Shown: positions 1-11,677 of the stretch, in pieces | How positions within the stretch are numbered: the first letter of the stretch is position 1 | Layout of the letters: every line of letters starts with the position of its first letter | Assembly: GCA_016217965.1 (NCBI GenBank) | Contig: JACRFI010000016.1 | Coordinates: 129,837 to 193,836, forward strand | DNA from: Candidatus Kaiserbacteria bacterium | GTDB taxonomy: Bacteria > Patescibacteriota > Minisyncoccia > Phycocordibacterales > UBA2100 | DNA: 64,000 nucleotides | Direction of reading: 5' to 3' | Translations under genes and position numbers: made by a program | Notes under the pieces: generated by a model | Told to the model about the DNA's origin: nothing | Databases searched by the model: none | Seen by the model: only the letters and a program-made list of their open reading frames with translations

Positions 1-159
1 GAAAGTGCGGCGCTTATTGCCCTTACAAATCAGAGCAACGACCAAGACCGTTTACAGCTTGAAAAATTGGGTACAGACGCATATGTCGTAAAAGCCAGCA
101 TGATACCTTCCGAGGTGGTTGAGATGGCAATAAAAGAAATAGCCAAGAAGAAGAAATAA
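1..159 (+). CDS. 3' end of a gene truncated by the window edge; C-terminal fragment resembles a response-regulator receiver (REC) domain
   Basis: In-frame translation ...ALTNQSNDQDRLQLEKLGTDAYVVKASMIPSEVVEMAIKEIAKKKK* ends at TAA 157-159; the pattern resembles the alpha5 end of CheY-like receivers. Confidence 0.35.
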   Translation, partial: ESAALIALTNQSNDQDRLQLEKLGTDAYVVKASMIPSEVVEMAIKEIAKKKK

Positions 160-267
160 TTTTCAAGTCTCAATTTTGCAATTTTCAATCAATGTCTCAA
201 TGAATTAATTTTCAAACATTGGAACTTGGAACATTCATTGAAAATTGAGCATTGTACATTGAAAATT
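158..267. promoter_or_regulatory. Intergenic region upstream of pilT with five copies of the 9-mer AATTTTCAA (three direct, two inverted)
   Basis: AATTTTCAA at 158-166, 180-188 and 207-215; its reverse complement TTGAAAATT at 239-247 and 259-267. Confidence 0.3.
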
Positions 268-330
268 ATCCAATGGTGCAGCCTTGATTCTCCCAAAAGT
301 ACGTTACAATAAAGGGCAAGGGAAACCAGT

Positions 331-1398
331 ATGGCACTTGACTACGAATCCACTCTCAAAAAATATATTAACGTCGTCTTGCACGAAGGCGCCTCCGACC
401 TGCATTTCTCGACCGATGCGCACCCCACTATCCGCGTCGCTGGAAACCTCTCTCCAATGCTGAAAGAGCCGGTCCTTACCCACGAAGATACGGCGGGGTT
501 CGCGAAGGTACTGCTGACGGCTGAACAGCAAAAGAAATTCGCTGAAAAAAAGGAGATGGATTTCGCATACCAGGCAGAAGACGGCTCTCGCTTTCGAGGC
601 AACACTTTTTTCCAGAGGGGAGCCATCGGCATTGCACTCCGGCTTATACCAAAGGAAATCCGTTCGGTGCGTGACCTTAACTTGCCAGATGTCATCGAGT
701 CATTCGCACGGAAATCCCAGGGATTCTTTCTTGTTGTGGGGCCAGTGGGGCAGGGGAAGACGACCACACTTGCTGCACTCATCGATCTCATAAATACAGA
801 AAGGATGGAACATATTGTGACGATAGAGGACCCGATTGAGTACATTCATGCTCCCAAACAGTCGCTTGTGGACCAGCGCGAAGTGGGGCTCGATACGAAA
901 GATTTTGCTTCGGCGCTCATCTCTGCGTTCCGCGAAGATGTGGACGTTCTCTTGGTTGGAGAGATGCGGGGGCCCGAGACTATGTCCGCTGCTGTAACTG
1001 CTGCAGAGACCGGGCACCTTGTTTTTTCGACCCTCCACACGAATAACGCTGCTCAAACGCTAGACAGAATAATTGATACATTCCCTGCGAACCAGCAGGA
1101 CCAGATTCGGCTGCAGCTCGCAGCTTCCCTTGCGGGCATTTTTAGCCAGCGCCTTATTCCGCGTATTTCGGGAGGCCTCATACCTGCGTATGAGCTACTC
1201 ATAAACAACAAGGCTGTCGCGAATCTCATCAGAGAGAAGAGGACGCACGAAATAAATACCGTCATTGAAACGGCGTCTACTGAGGGAATGATAGACATGA
1301 ACCGATCGCTCGCCGAACTCGTTGGGAGAGGGGAGATAACCGTCGAGAGCGCGTACCAATATTCATTGAATCCGAATGTGCTGCAAAAGCTTCTTTAA
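331..1398 (+). CDS. pilT: Type IV pilus retraction ATPase PilT (twitching motility protein)
   Basis: 355 aa; Walker A GPVGQGKTTT; PilT/GspE family secretion ATPase architecture; ATG start. Confidence 0.85.
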   Translation: MALDYESTLKKYINVVLHEGASDLHFSTDAHPTIRVAGNLSPMLKEPVLTHEDTAGFAKVLLTAEQQKKFAEKKEMDFAYQAEDGSRFRGNTFFQRGAIGIALRLIPKEIRSVRDLNLPDVIESFARKSQGFFLVVGPVGQGKTTTLAALIDLINTERMEHIVTIEDPIEYIHAPKQSLVDQREVGLDTKDFASALISAFREDVDVLLVGEMRGPETMSAAVTAAETGHLVFSTLHTNNAAQTLDRIIDTFPANQQDQIRLQLAASLAGIFSQRLIPRISGGLIPAYELLINNKAVANLIREKRTHEINTVIETASTEGMIDMNRSLAELVGRGEITVESAYQYSLNPNVLQKLL

Positions 1399-1404
1399 TA
1401 GACA

Positions 1405-2613
1405 ATGGCTATTTTTGCGTACAAAGCGATAGACCCGACCGGGGTTCAGAGGGAAGGCACGATTGATGCGGTGAATATTGACCTTGCCATAGGCGCAATT
1501 CAGCGGCGTGGCCTTGTTATTTCCTCGATAGAGCCAGTTGAAGATAAAGGGCGGCTCTCAAGTCGGCTTTCTATTTTCGACCGCATAAAGAACGCCGACA
1601 TCGTAATGGTCTCGAGGCAGATAACAACGCTTTTTGAGGCGCAAGTCTCGGCGCTCCGCGCATTCAGGCTTCTTGCATCTGAGGCTCGTACGCCAAAACT
1701 TGCCGAGAAATTAAGCGCAGTTGCGAATGACATCCAAGGTGGCTCCAGCATCTCATCTGCTCTCTCCAGGCAGTCAGACGTCTTTTCTCCTTTTTACGTG
1801 AACATGGTGAGGGCGGGGGAGGAGTCGGGAAAACTTGATGAGACATTCGCATTTCTTGCTGACTACCTCGACCGAAACTATGAGATAACGCAAAAAGCGA
1901 GAAATGCGCTCATATACCCCGCATTCATTTTCTTCACGTTCATTGTTGTCATGGTCTTGATGCTTACGCTGGTTATTCCAAGGCTTGCGTCAATGCTTGA
2001 GGAGGTCGGACAATCAGTGCCTATCTATACGCGCATTGTCGTAGCTATCAGCAGTTTTCTGTCAGACTATCTTCTCCTTCTGATCATATTGTTCGGCATT
2101 GCGTCCGTCTTTATGTACCGCTACGGAAAAAGCGAGCGAGGCATGCTGTTTCTCTCTCGTGCGCGCCTGCAAATACCTCATCTTGGCTCTATATACAAAA
2201 AACTTTTTCTGTCGCGTGTTTCTGACAACCTGTCCACGATGCTTAAAAGCGGTATCCAAGTGCTTCGCGGCCTTGAGATAACGTCTACTGTTGTCGATGA
2301 CCCGACATACCAAAGAGTTTTGGCAGAAGCTGCGAACGACGTGAAGGCAGGGCTTCCGATGTCAGAAGCTTTCCGGAAGCATCCCGAAATGCCGGGCATT
2401 GTTGTCGCAATGATTAAAATAGGCGAGGAAACAGGCAACATGGGGATGATATTGGAAACAATGGCACGTTTTTATCGGCGCGAGGTGAACAATGCCATAG
2501 ATACTTTGGTTTCTCTCATCGAGCCGATTATGATTGTTGTGCTAGCTCTCGGCGTTGCCATTCTTCTCGCATCTGTCTTGGTCCCGATCTACAACCTAGC
2601 TTCCGGTCTCTAA
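1405..2613 (+). CDS. pilC: Type IV pilus assembly platform protein PilC (GspF family)
   Basis: 402 aa polytopic membrane protein with duplicated T2SS-F domains, directly downstream of pilT. Confidence 0.85.
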   Translation: MAIFAYKAIDPTGVQREGTIDAVNIDLAIGAIQRRGLVISSIEPVEDKGRLSSRLSIFDRIKNADIVMVSRQITTLFEAQVSALRAFRLLASEARTPKLAEKLSAVANDIQGGSSISSALSRQSDVFSPFYVNMVRAGEESGKLDETFAFLADYLDRNYEITQKARNALIYPAFIFFTFIVVMVLMLTLVIPRLASMLEEVGQSVPIYTRIVVAISSFLSDYLLLLIILFGIASVFMYRYGKSERGMLFLSRARLQIPHLGSIYKKLFLSRVSDNLSTMLKSGIQVLRGLEITSTVVDDPTYQRVLAEAANDVKAGLPMSEAFRKHPEMPGIVVAMIKIGEETGNMGMILETMARFYRREVNNAIDTLVSLIEPIMIVVLALGVAILLASVLVPIYNLASGL

Positions 2614-2693
2614 CGAAAGGCTATCCACAGGTTTAGGCCGTGATCCTGCTTTATTCCGTATAATTGACAGGAAGCGCAGAGCCCGCGATTTTT

Positions 2694-3170
2694 ATGATAT
2701 TTAGACGAGACGAGAAAGGCTTTACGCTTATCGAGCTTCTCGTCGTTATTGCAGTCATAGGACTCCTCTCGTCTGTCATCCTTGCATCCCTTAATAACGC
2801 GCGAAAAAAAGGCAGGGATACGAGGCGTATTGAGGATCTGCGGCAGATTGGGAATGAAATAGCAATTCTCGACACTGGCGGTGCTGCAACGGCGTTTGTC
2901 GGCTGCACTGCCGCAGGCGCCAGGGTCACGAGCTGCACGACTCCCGACCTTAGCGCATATGACGACCCATCGGGAGCCACGACCGCATGTACGACGGGAG
3001 CAACTGCTGCATGTGACTATGCGATAGGAAAAAATGCGCTCTCCGTAGCGAATCCTGATTCGCAGAATTGGGAAGTGTGCGCATATCTTGAGATAGGAGT
3101 CGGGCCCAGAACTACGCCCGGCATGATCCACATTGATGCAAACGGTAGCGTCCGCTCCGGTTGCAATTAG
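2694..3170 (+). CDS. Type IV pilin (prepilin with N-terminal methylation motif)
   Basis: Leader MIFRRDEKG then FTLIELLVVIAVIGLL; Cys-rich C-terminal region. TATAAT-like box about 30 nt upstream. The ATG at 2694 is preferred over the TTG at 2664 used by the ORF track. Confidence 0.8.
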   Translation: MIFRRDEKGFTLIELLVVIAVIGLLSSVILASLNNARKKGRDTRRIEDLRQIGNEIAILDTGGAATAFVGCTAAGARVTSCTTPDLSAYDDPSGATTACTTGATAACDYAIGKNALSVANPDSQNWEVCAYLEIGVGPRTTPGMIHIDANGSVRSGCN

Positions 3171-3204
3171 CCATTATTAGCAGCATTAGTAATAATTTTT
3201 TCTT

Positions 3205-3699
3205 ATGAAAAAAAATTCGAGAGGATTCACTCTCATCGAGCTCTTGGTCGTCATCGCGATCATCGGCATTCTTTCGTCGGTGGTCTTGGCATCCTTGAAC
3301 AGCGCCAGAAAGAAAGGGCGAGACGCGCGCCGTATTGCTGACATGAAGCAATTACAGCTTGCGCTTGAGCTCTACTACGACTCGCAGCAATCCTACCCGG
3401 CGACCGCGGCAGGCGGTGTGGCAGGAGGTACCATGGGGTTGGACGCGCTTGTTACGGGCCAGTTCATTTCTCAGATCCCAAGTGATCCGACGAACAGCGG
3501 TTCGTACGTCTATTCGTACGCTTCAGCTGACGGTGCAGGTGCTGGCTGTACCGCGACACCATGTTCGAGCTATGTCATCAAAGGCGTCATCGAAGGAGGA
3601 TCAACAGCTGTTCCTCTTGGCGATGTAGATGGCGCATGGGCGGGTATCACGGGCGGTGCGACTGCGTGTGATGATCCTTCGTACTGTGTGAAGCCGTAA
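3205..3699 (+). CDS. Type IV pilin (second prepilin paralog)
   Basis: MKKNSRG then FTLIELLVVIAIIGIL; C-terminal Cys pairs. Confidence 0.8.
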   Translation: MKKNSRGFTLIELLVVIAIIGILSSVVLASLNSARKKGRDARRIADMKQLQLALELYYDSQQSYPATAAGGVAGGTMGLDALVTGQFISQIPSDPTNSGSYVYSYASADGAGAGCTATPCSSYVIKGVIEGGSTAVPLGDVDGAWAGITGGATACDDPSYCVKP

Positions 3700-3726
3700 G
3701 GTTTCGAAGGAATCGGGTCTAGCGAT

Positions 3727-3757
3727 AAAACTCCCGCCAATCTGGCGGGAGTTTTTC
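3727..3757 (+). terminator. Rho-independent terminator after the pilin genes
   Basis: Hairpin AAACTCCCGCC-aatct-GGCGGGAGTTT followed by a T-run. Confidence 0.5.
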
Positions 3758-3774
3758 ATGCGATAATTACACGA

Positions 3775-4584
3775 ATGGAAATGCTCGCGTTCGCAATTTT
3801 CGGCCTTATCATCGGCAGTTTTCTTAACGTTTTAATACTGAGGGAGGGGAGCGAGCAATCTATTCTCGGCCGCAGCAGTTGCCCATCGTGCGGCAGGTTA
3901 CTTCTGTGGTTCGAGCTTGTTCCCGTTCTTTCATTCCTCGTGCTGCGAGGGAAATGTAGAACATGCAAGTCGCGCATTTCACTTCAGTACATAACGGTCG
4001 AGATACTAACGGCTGTGTTGTTTGTGCTTGTTGGCGGCGCGGGACTCGGTGCGCTTGAGACAGCGCTCGGGCTCGGCATCGTATCGCTATTCATCGCGAT
4101 ATGTGTGTACGATATCTATCATACGCTCATACCGGATGCGTGGAGCTATCTTGCAGCATTCCTCTCACTTCTCTATGCGCTGTCCATATCAGATGCCTCA
4201 CTGGTATGGATCCTTTCCTCTGGGCCACTGGTCGCGCTGCCGCTTTTCGCGATGTGGCTCATATCTAAAGGACGGTGGATGGGGCTCGGGGATGCAAAGT
4301 TAGCGCTCTCATTGGGTTGGCTTCTCGGCCTTGCACAAGGCATGTTCGCACTCTTAGGTGCGTTCATACTCGGAAGCATTGTGAGTATTTTTATATTGCT
4401 CCCACTCCAGACCATCTTGGAACGCGCGAAGGGGATAGGGATAACTGTGTTGAACCCCCATGATCGGCGTTTTACAATGCAAAGCGAGGTTCCGTTCGGT
4501 CCCTTTCTCATCGCAAGTTGCCTTTTTCTATGGTTTTTACACGTCTACGGATACGATCCCGCAATGTACCTTTTCGGATTTTGA
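3775..4584 (+). CDS. pilD: Prepilin peptidase (A24 family) PilD
   Basis: 269 aa; N-terminal Zn-binding CPSCG...CRTCK motif; multi-TM; located inside the pilus operon. Confidence 0.8.
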   Translation: MEMLAFAIFGLIIGSFLNVLILREGSEQSILGRSSCPSCGRLLLWFELVPVLSFLVLRGKCRTCKSRISLQYITVEILTAVLFVLVGGAGLGALETALGLGIVSLFIAICVYDIYHTLIPDAWSYLAAFLSLLYALSISDASLVWILSSGPLVALPLFAMWLISKGRWMGLGDAKLALSLGWLLGLAQGMFALLGAFILGSIVSIFILLPLQTILERAKGIGITVLNPHDRRFTMQSEVPFGPFLIASCLFLWFLHVYGYDPAMYLFGF

Positions 4585-5144
4585 AAAAAAATGTTGCTGA
4601 GAGGGGGTATACCCTCATTGAGCTTCTCATCGTCACGGGCATTTTCGTTATTGTGTCCGGGGTAGTGCTTGCGAACAACGCTCGCTTTGGCGGCATGATA
4701 ACGCTGGAGAATTTTGCATACGATGTTGCGCTTTCCATCCGCCAGGCGCAAGTATATTCGATAGCAGTGCAGCGCGTTGGTTCGAATGATTATGGCAGCG
4801 CATATGGCATGCATTTTGACATCGGAAGTTCCGCCACATACGAGCTCTTTGCTGACACGGTCACAGTAAACGGACTCTATGATCCCGGAGAGCTTTTGCA
4901 GGTCACGAATATGAATGGCGGGTATCGAGTCTCTAGCCTTTGTGTTCGGGCTTCGGGGGCTGCTACTGAAACATGTGGGCTCTCGCGCCTTGATGTCACG
5001 TTCAAGCGTCCCGAACCGGATGCATATATACGCTCAGACGGGGTTACGACACTGCACGAAGCAGGCCGCGTTGTTGTCATATCTCCTCGCGGAGAGACTG
5101 CGGACATTGTTATTGAGTCTACGGGGCAAATATCCATCCAGTGA
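4581..5144 (+). CDS. Pseudopilin / minor pilin (prepilin-type N-terminal domain)
   Basis: (L/M)KKNVAERG then YTLIELLIVTGIFVIV. The likely start is the TTG at 4581, overlapping the pilD stop; the longer upstream ORF extension (from 4518) is rejected. Confidence 0.6.
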   Translation: MKKNVAERGYTLIELLIVTGIFVIVSGVVLANNARFGGMITLENFAYDVALSIRQAQVYSIAVQRVGSNDYGSAYGMHFDIGSSATYELFADTVTVNGLYDPGELLQVTNMNGGYRVSSLCVRASGAATETCGLSRLDVTFKRPEPDAYIRSDGVTTLHEAGRVVVISPRGETADIVIESTGQISIQ

Positions 5145-5145
5145 T

Positions 5146-5802
5146 ATGAAAAACAGGTTACAGGTTCTAGGTTCTAGCTTTCAGAAAAAATGCAGAAATG
5201 CCGTTTCGCATTTCCTAACGCCTAGCACCTATGACCTAAAACCTAACTCCCGTGGCTTTTCTCTCATTGAAATGATTGTGGCGGTGGGGCTTTTTGCGAT
5301 CGTGATGCTTGTTTCAGTCGCTGCGCTTCTTGCGCTCGTGGACGCGAACCGGAAGGCGAGAGCACTGGAGTCTGTCATGAACAATCTCAACATCGCGCTC
5401 GACGGCATGGTGCGCTCTGTCCGTATGGGCAACACATATCATTGCGGGGGAGGGACCATCACTTTACCGCTAGATTGTTCGACAACGCCCGGGACATCGA
5501 TAGCATTTGAGCCGTACGGCGGTTCGCCTAACGATCCGAATAACCAATGGGTCTATTCGTACGACTCTACAACGAAGCGGCTCTACAGGTCGGAAGACAG
5601 CGGCGGCCATCGTTTTCCTGTTACAGCTCCTGAGATCGTCATCGACGATATTAAATTTTATGTGGTTGGAACCACTGCCGGGGACATAGTGCAGCCAAAA
5701 ATAGTGATAATTATCAAAGGGACCGCAGGTGCGGATAAGGTAAAGACAAGGACGACGTTCTCTATACAAGCGACCGCGGTGCAGAGAGTACTGGATATAT
5801 GA
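5146..5802 (+). CDS. Pseudopilin with an unusually long (~32 aa) leader peptide
   Basis: MKNRLQVLGSSFQKKCRNAVSHFLTPSTYDLKPNSRG then FSLIEMIVAVGLFAIV; ATG at 5146 directly after the previous gene. Confidence 0.6.
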   Translation: MKNRLQVLGSSFQKKCRNAVSHFLTPSTYDLKPNSRGFSLIEMIVAVGLFAIVMLVSVAALLALVDANRKARALESVMNNLNIALDGMVRSVRMGNTYHCGGGTITLPLDCSTTPGTSIAFEPYGGSPNDPNNQWVYSYDSTTKRLYRSEDSGGHRFPVTAPEIVIDDIKFYVVGTTAGDIVQPKIVIIIKGTAGADKVKTRTTFSIQATAVQRVLDI

Positions 5803-6455
5803 TGAAAAAGGTACTAGGTACTAGGTGTCAGGTGTTAGGGAAGATCAAATCGCCTCGCTTTTTCTATAACCTAAAACCTAAAACCCATAACCTCTCCCGA
5901 GGCTTCACTCTTCTCGAGACGCTTGTAGCGGTCACACTGCTTGCGGTTTCCATTGTTGCGCCGATGTCGCTTGCCTCCCGATCGCTTGCGAGCGCATTTT
6001 ATGCGCGCGACCAGGTCACGGCGTTCCATCTGGCACAAGAAGCTATCGAATCGGTTCGTGCGGTGCGAGACGGCAACGTTCTTCGCAATGCACTTGGGAC
6101 ACAGACCGATATTCTCGCTGGCATACCCATCGGGACTCCGTTCACTGTGGATACAAGGCTTCCTGTTTCCGATCCAGATTACATTGATGAGAGCGCCTGT
6201 GTTCTGGGGACATGTCCGCCGCTTGAAGTGAATGCCAGCCTTGGGCTCTATGGCTATGGGCATGGTGTGTCCGGCTGGGCTGTAACGCGTTTTACAAGGA
6301 CTGCATCAACGACGGTAGTCCGGAGCGACGGGGATGTTCCGCAAGAGATATTGATAGCGGTTACCGTGACCTGGAAAACGGGGGTATTCAACACACGTTC
6401 ATTCACCATATCTGAAAACATGTATCGCTGGCTGAACGATGGAACAACGATATGA
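5799..6455 (+). CDS. Pseudopilin with a long (~34 aa) leader peptide
   Basis: MMKKVLGTRCQVLGKIKSPRFFYNLKPKTHNLSRG then FTLLETLVAVTLLAV. Confidence 0.6.
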   Translation: MMKKVLGTRCQVLGKIKSPRFFYNLKPKTHNLSRGFTLLETLVAVTLLAVSIVAPMSLASRSLASAFYARDQVTAFHLAQEAIESVRAVRDGNVLRNALGTQTDILAGIPIGTPFTVDTRLPVSDPDYIDESACVLGTCPPLEVNASLGLYGYGHGVSGWAVTRFTRTASTTVVRSDGDVPQEILIAVTVTWKTGVFNTRSFTISENMYRWLNDGTTI

Positions 6456-6934
6456 AAAATAATTTTCAATTTTCAATTTTCGATTTTCAAAAAACAGAGA
6501 GGGGATTTACGCTGCTCCTTGCCGCGTTGGTGGCTTCGCTCGTGCTCTCCATCGGGCTTGCTATCGTTTCAATAGCAAGGAAGAGCGTTAACCTCTCGTC
6601 CATAGGCCGCGATTCACAATTTGCGTTCTATACGGCGGATACAGCATCGGAATGCGCGTTGTATTGGGATATTCGCTATGGCAGATTTCCTACAACGACG
6701 CCTGCTGCTGAAACAGAGGTTACGTGCGACGGCGAAACAGAGACGCTAGCGGTGAGCGGGTCAGACCCGGTCATATCTACGTTTGAGTACGAGCCAAACG
6801 GCAGATGCGCGCAAGTCACCGTGACAAAGAGCACTACAAATCCGCGCACACTCATTCGCGCAGATGGCTATAGCATGGATTGTGCCGCAATAGCGACGAA
6901 CCCGCGCACGCTGCAGCGTTCGGTCGAGATTAGG

Positions 6935-6940
<6 letters not shown>
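6452..6940 (+). CDS. Pseudopilin (prepilin-type N-terminus)
   Basis: MKNNFQFSIFDFQKTERG then FTLLLAALVASLVL. The leader is encoded by tandem AATTTTCAA repeats. Confidence 0.55.
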
Positions 6941-9347
<2,407 letters not shown>

Positions 9348-9349
9348 AC

Positions 9350-10762
9350 ATGGACCTCTCCTCTTTAACCATTGCAGCTGCAAGGAAAGCACTTGATGCC
9401 AAAGATTTTTCCTCGCTTGAACTTACGAATGCGTATGTGCAAAATATTGCCGCGCGCGACAAAGAGATACATGCATATCTGGAAGTTTGGGAAGATTCTG
9501 CGCGGGCCGAAGCGAAAGCCGCAGACGAACGCATTGCAAAAGGGGACGCAAAGCCTCTGACGGGAATTCCTCTTGCGATAAAAGACAACATCCTCATCAA
9601 GGGGCGTGTCGCGAGCTCAGCGTCTAAGATACTTGAAAACTACCGCGCCTCATATGACGCAACTGTCATTACAAAGTTGAAAGAACAAGGTGCAGTTTTT
9701 CTTGGGCGCACGAACATGGATGAATTCGCCATGGGAAGCTCGACAGAGAACTCCGCGTTTGGCCCGACGCGCAATCCGGCAGACACATCGCGCGTGCCTG
9801 GGGGTTCGTCTGGAGGCTCCGCGGCCGCGGTTTCAGGAAGTATGGCGCTTGCAGCGCTGGGCAGTGACACGGGCGGTTCTATTCGCCAACCTGCGTCGCA
9901 CTGCGGCATTGTGGGGCTGAAGACGACATATGGTTCTGTGTCTCGTTTTGGGCTCATGCCAATGGGTTCGTCGCTGGATCAGATAGGTCCTTTAACAAGA
10001 ACTGTTGAGGATGCGCGCATCCTTTTTGATGCGATCCGCGGGAACGACACGTACGATAGCACATCTCTCCCTGACTATCCGCTCAAGGAAAAAGGAAAGG
10101 TAGTTGGTGTGCCGCGCGCGTTCATGAAAGAGGGTGTCGATGATGGAGTTAAGAGCGTTTTTGAAAAGACACTCGAGGCATTGGTAAAAGGTGGCTACGA
10201 AGTGAGAGACGTCGACATGCCGAATCTTCCATACGCGCTTCCTGTGTATTACATCATCTGCCCCGCGGAAGTTTCTACCAACCTCGCGCGGTACGATGGC
10301 ATTCGATATGGCCTATCGTCTCCGGCGGATACGATACATGAGGTATATACGAAAACACGAGGGATCGGGTTCGGCCCGGAAGTGAGGCGCCGAATTCTTA
10401 TCGGTACGTTCGTTCTTTCTTCGGGGTATGCCGATGCATACTATCGCAAGGCTCGCGACGTGAGGAATCTTATTCGTGCGGATTTCGAGAGAGCATTTGA
10501 TTCTGTCGATGCCATCGCGCTTCCTACCGCACCTGGCCCTGCCTTCAAAATAGGGGAGAAGACGAATGATCCTCTTGCGATGTATCTCGAAGATATTTTC
10601 AGTGTAACGCCGAATCTCGCCGGCGTTCCGGCGATATCCGTTCCCGCTGGTTCTGTAGAGCGAGATGACAAAGAACTTCCGGTCGGATTTCAGCTCGTAG
10701 GGCCGATGCGTGGGGAAGGGACGTTGTTCACAATCGCCAAAGATATAGAAAAATCACGGTAG
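9350..10762 (+). CDS. gatA: Asp/Glu-tRNA amidotransferase subunit A (amidase)
   Basis: 470 aa; amidase signature GGSSGGSAAAV; Ser-cisSer-Lys family. Confidence 0.9.
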   Translation: MDLSSLTIAAARKALDAKDFSSLELTNAYVQNIAARDKEIHAYLEVWEDSARAEAKAADERIAKGDAKPLTGIPLAIKDNILIKGRVASSASKILENYRASYDATVITKLKEQGAVFLGRTNMDEFAMGSSTENSAFGPTRNPADTSRVPGGSSGGSAAAVSGSMALAALGSDTGGSIRQPASHCGIVGLKTTYGSVSRFGLMPMGSSLDQIGPLTRTVEDARILFDAIRGNDTYDSTSLPDYPLKEKGKVVGVPRAFMKEGVDDGVKSVFEKTLEALVKGGYEVRDVDMPNLPYALPVYYIICPAEVSTNLARYDGIRYGLSSPADTIHEVYTKTRGIGFGPEVRRRILIGTFVLSSGYADAYYRKARDVRNLIRADFERAFDSVDAIALPTAPGPAFKIGEKTNDPLAMYLEDIFSVTPNLAGVPAISVPAGSVERDDKELPVGFQLVGPMRGEGTLFTIAKDIEKSR

Positions 10763-10771
10763 AATGGCGTA

Positions 10772-11485
10772 ATGCTCAGCGTCGTGTTCTTCATTGTTGG
10801 AGCGATCATCGTGGCTCTTGCGTACCCCCCAGTGTGGCATTTCTTCCAAGGTGTATCGAACACCTATTTTTGGGACATTACTCCGCTTCCTACCAATCCT
10901 CCGGCATACGAATATCCGTATGATGCGGCCCTGTATGATGCGCCTTCTCCCGCGGCGATGACGGCACTAGAGGAGATAAAAACTGGTTGGTCAGTCGGGA
11001 CCGTTCTCGATTTTTGGGGCCAACTGTTTCCGCTTGCCATATTTCTCTCTCTCCTCCTAGGGACGGCGATTATTTACTGCGTCATACGTATTCTGCAGAT
11101 ACGCCGCATCGAGAGGGAGGCAATGGCGGCTGCCGCGCATCCCGTTGCCGCGAAAGATGTTGCTCGCACCCAACTGCGCTGGCGCCGCATCGAAGAGCAG
11201 ATGCATGCCGACGATCCAGAGAAGTGGCGCTTGGCGATCATGGAGTCCGACATCATGCTCAACGATCTTTTAGATGTGCTTGGTTACAAAGGAGAGACGA
11301 TGGCAGAGAAAATGAAGCAAGTGCCCATTGAAGCATTCAACTCCATAGATTTTGCGTGGGAAGCCCACAAGATACGAAATCGTATCGTGCACGAGGAAGG
11401 AGCGTTCACGCTGGATGCACGCGAAGCCCGCCGCGTGATACGCATGTACGAGCGAGTGTTCAAAGAATTTAAATATATTGAGTGA
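10772..11485 (+). CDS. Membrane-anchored protein with a C-terminal HEPN-like (Rx4H) domain
   Basis: N-terminal TM segments; the C-terminal part contains AWEAHKIRNRIVHEEG, i.e. an R-x4-H motif of the HEPN/DUF4145 type. The assignment is tentative. Confidence 0.4.
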   Translation: MLSVVFFIVGAIIVALAYPPVWHFFQGVSNTYFWDITPLPTNPPAYEYPYDAALYDAPSPAAMTALEEIKTGWSVGTVLDFWGQLFPLAIFLSLLLGTAIIYCVIRILQIRRIEREAMAAAAHPVAAKDVARTQLRWRRIEEQMHADDPEKWRLAIMESDIMLNDLLDVLGYKGETMAEKMKQVPIEAFNSIDFAWEAHKIRNRIVHEEGAFTLDAREARRVIRMYERVFKEFKYIE

Positions 11486-11527
11486 GCGCCGCTTGCTGGA
11501 GGTGATGTATTCGCGTATCATCACGCG

Positions 11528-11599
11528 TAGCGGGGTGGAGCAGTAGTAGCTCGCAAGGCTCATAACCTTGAGGTCGCGGGTGCAAGTCCCGCCCCCGCA
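11528..11599 (+). tRNA. tRNA with anticodon CAT (Met). An A1:A72 mismatch at the acceptor end suggests an initiator-type tRNA.
   Basis: Manual cloverleaf: acceptor AGCGGGG/CCCCGCA; D-stem GAGC/GCTC; anticodon stem CAAGG/CCTTG with loop CTCATAA; T-arm GCGGG-TGCAAGT-CCCGC. CCA is not encoded. Confidence 0.7.
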
Positions 11600-11677
11600 A
11601 CAAGCGAGATGTATAGAAAATAGGACGTGGTTGGCATCAGAAAGCTGATGAAGTTTTGACTGATATACTTCTAACGT

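Noticed and set aside
2664-2693. TTG start for the first pilin 30 nt upstream of the ATG
   Set aside because: A TATAAT-like box overlaps the TTG, and the ATG at 2694 gives a canonical short prepilin leader (MIFRRDEKG/F).
4915-5145. Upstream extension of the third pseudopilin ORF (ORF track start 4915) overlapping the previous pseudopilin gene by 230 nt
   Set aside because: The in-frame ATG at 5146, directly after the previous stop, gives a standard MK... prepilin start. The extension is an artefact of longest-ORF calling.
10987-11331. 114-aa alternative-frame ORF inside the HEPN-like membrane protein gene
   Set aside because: Arg/Cys-rich low-complexity translation fully embedded in a better-supported frame.
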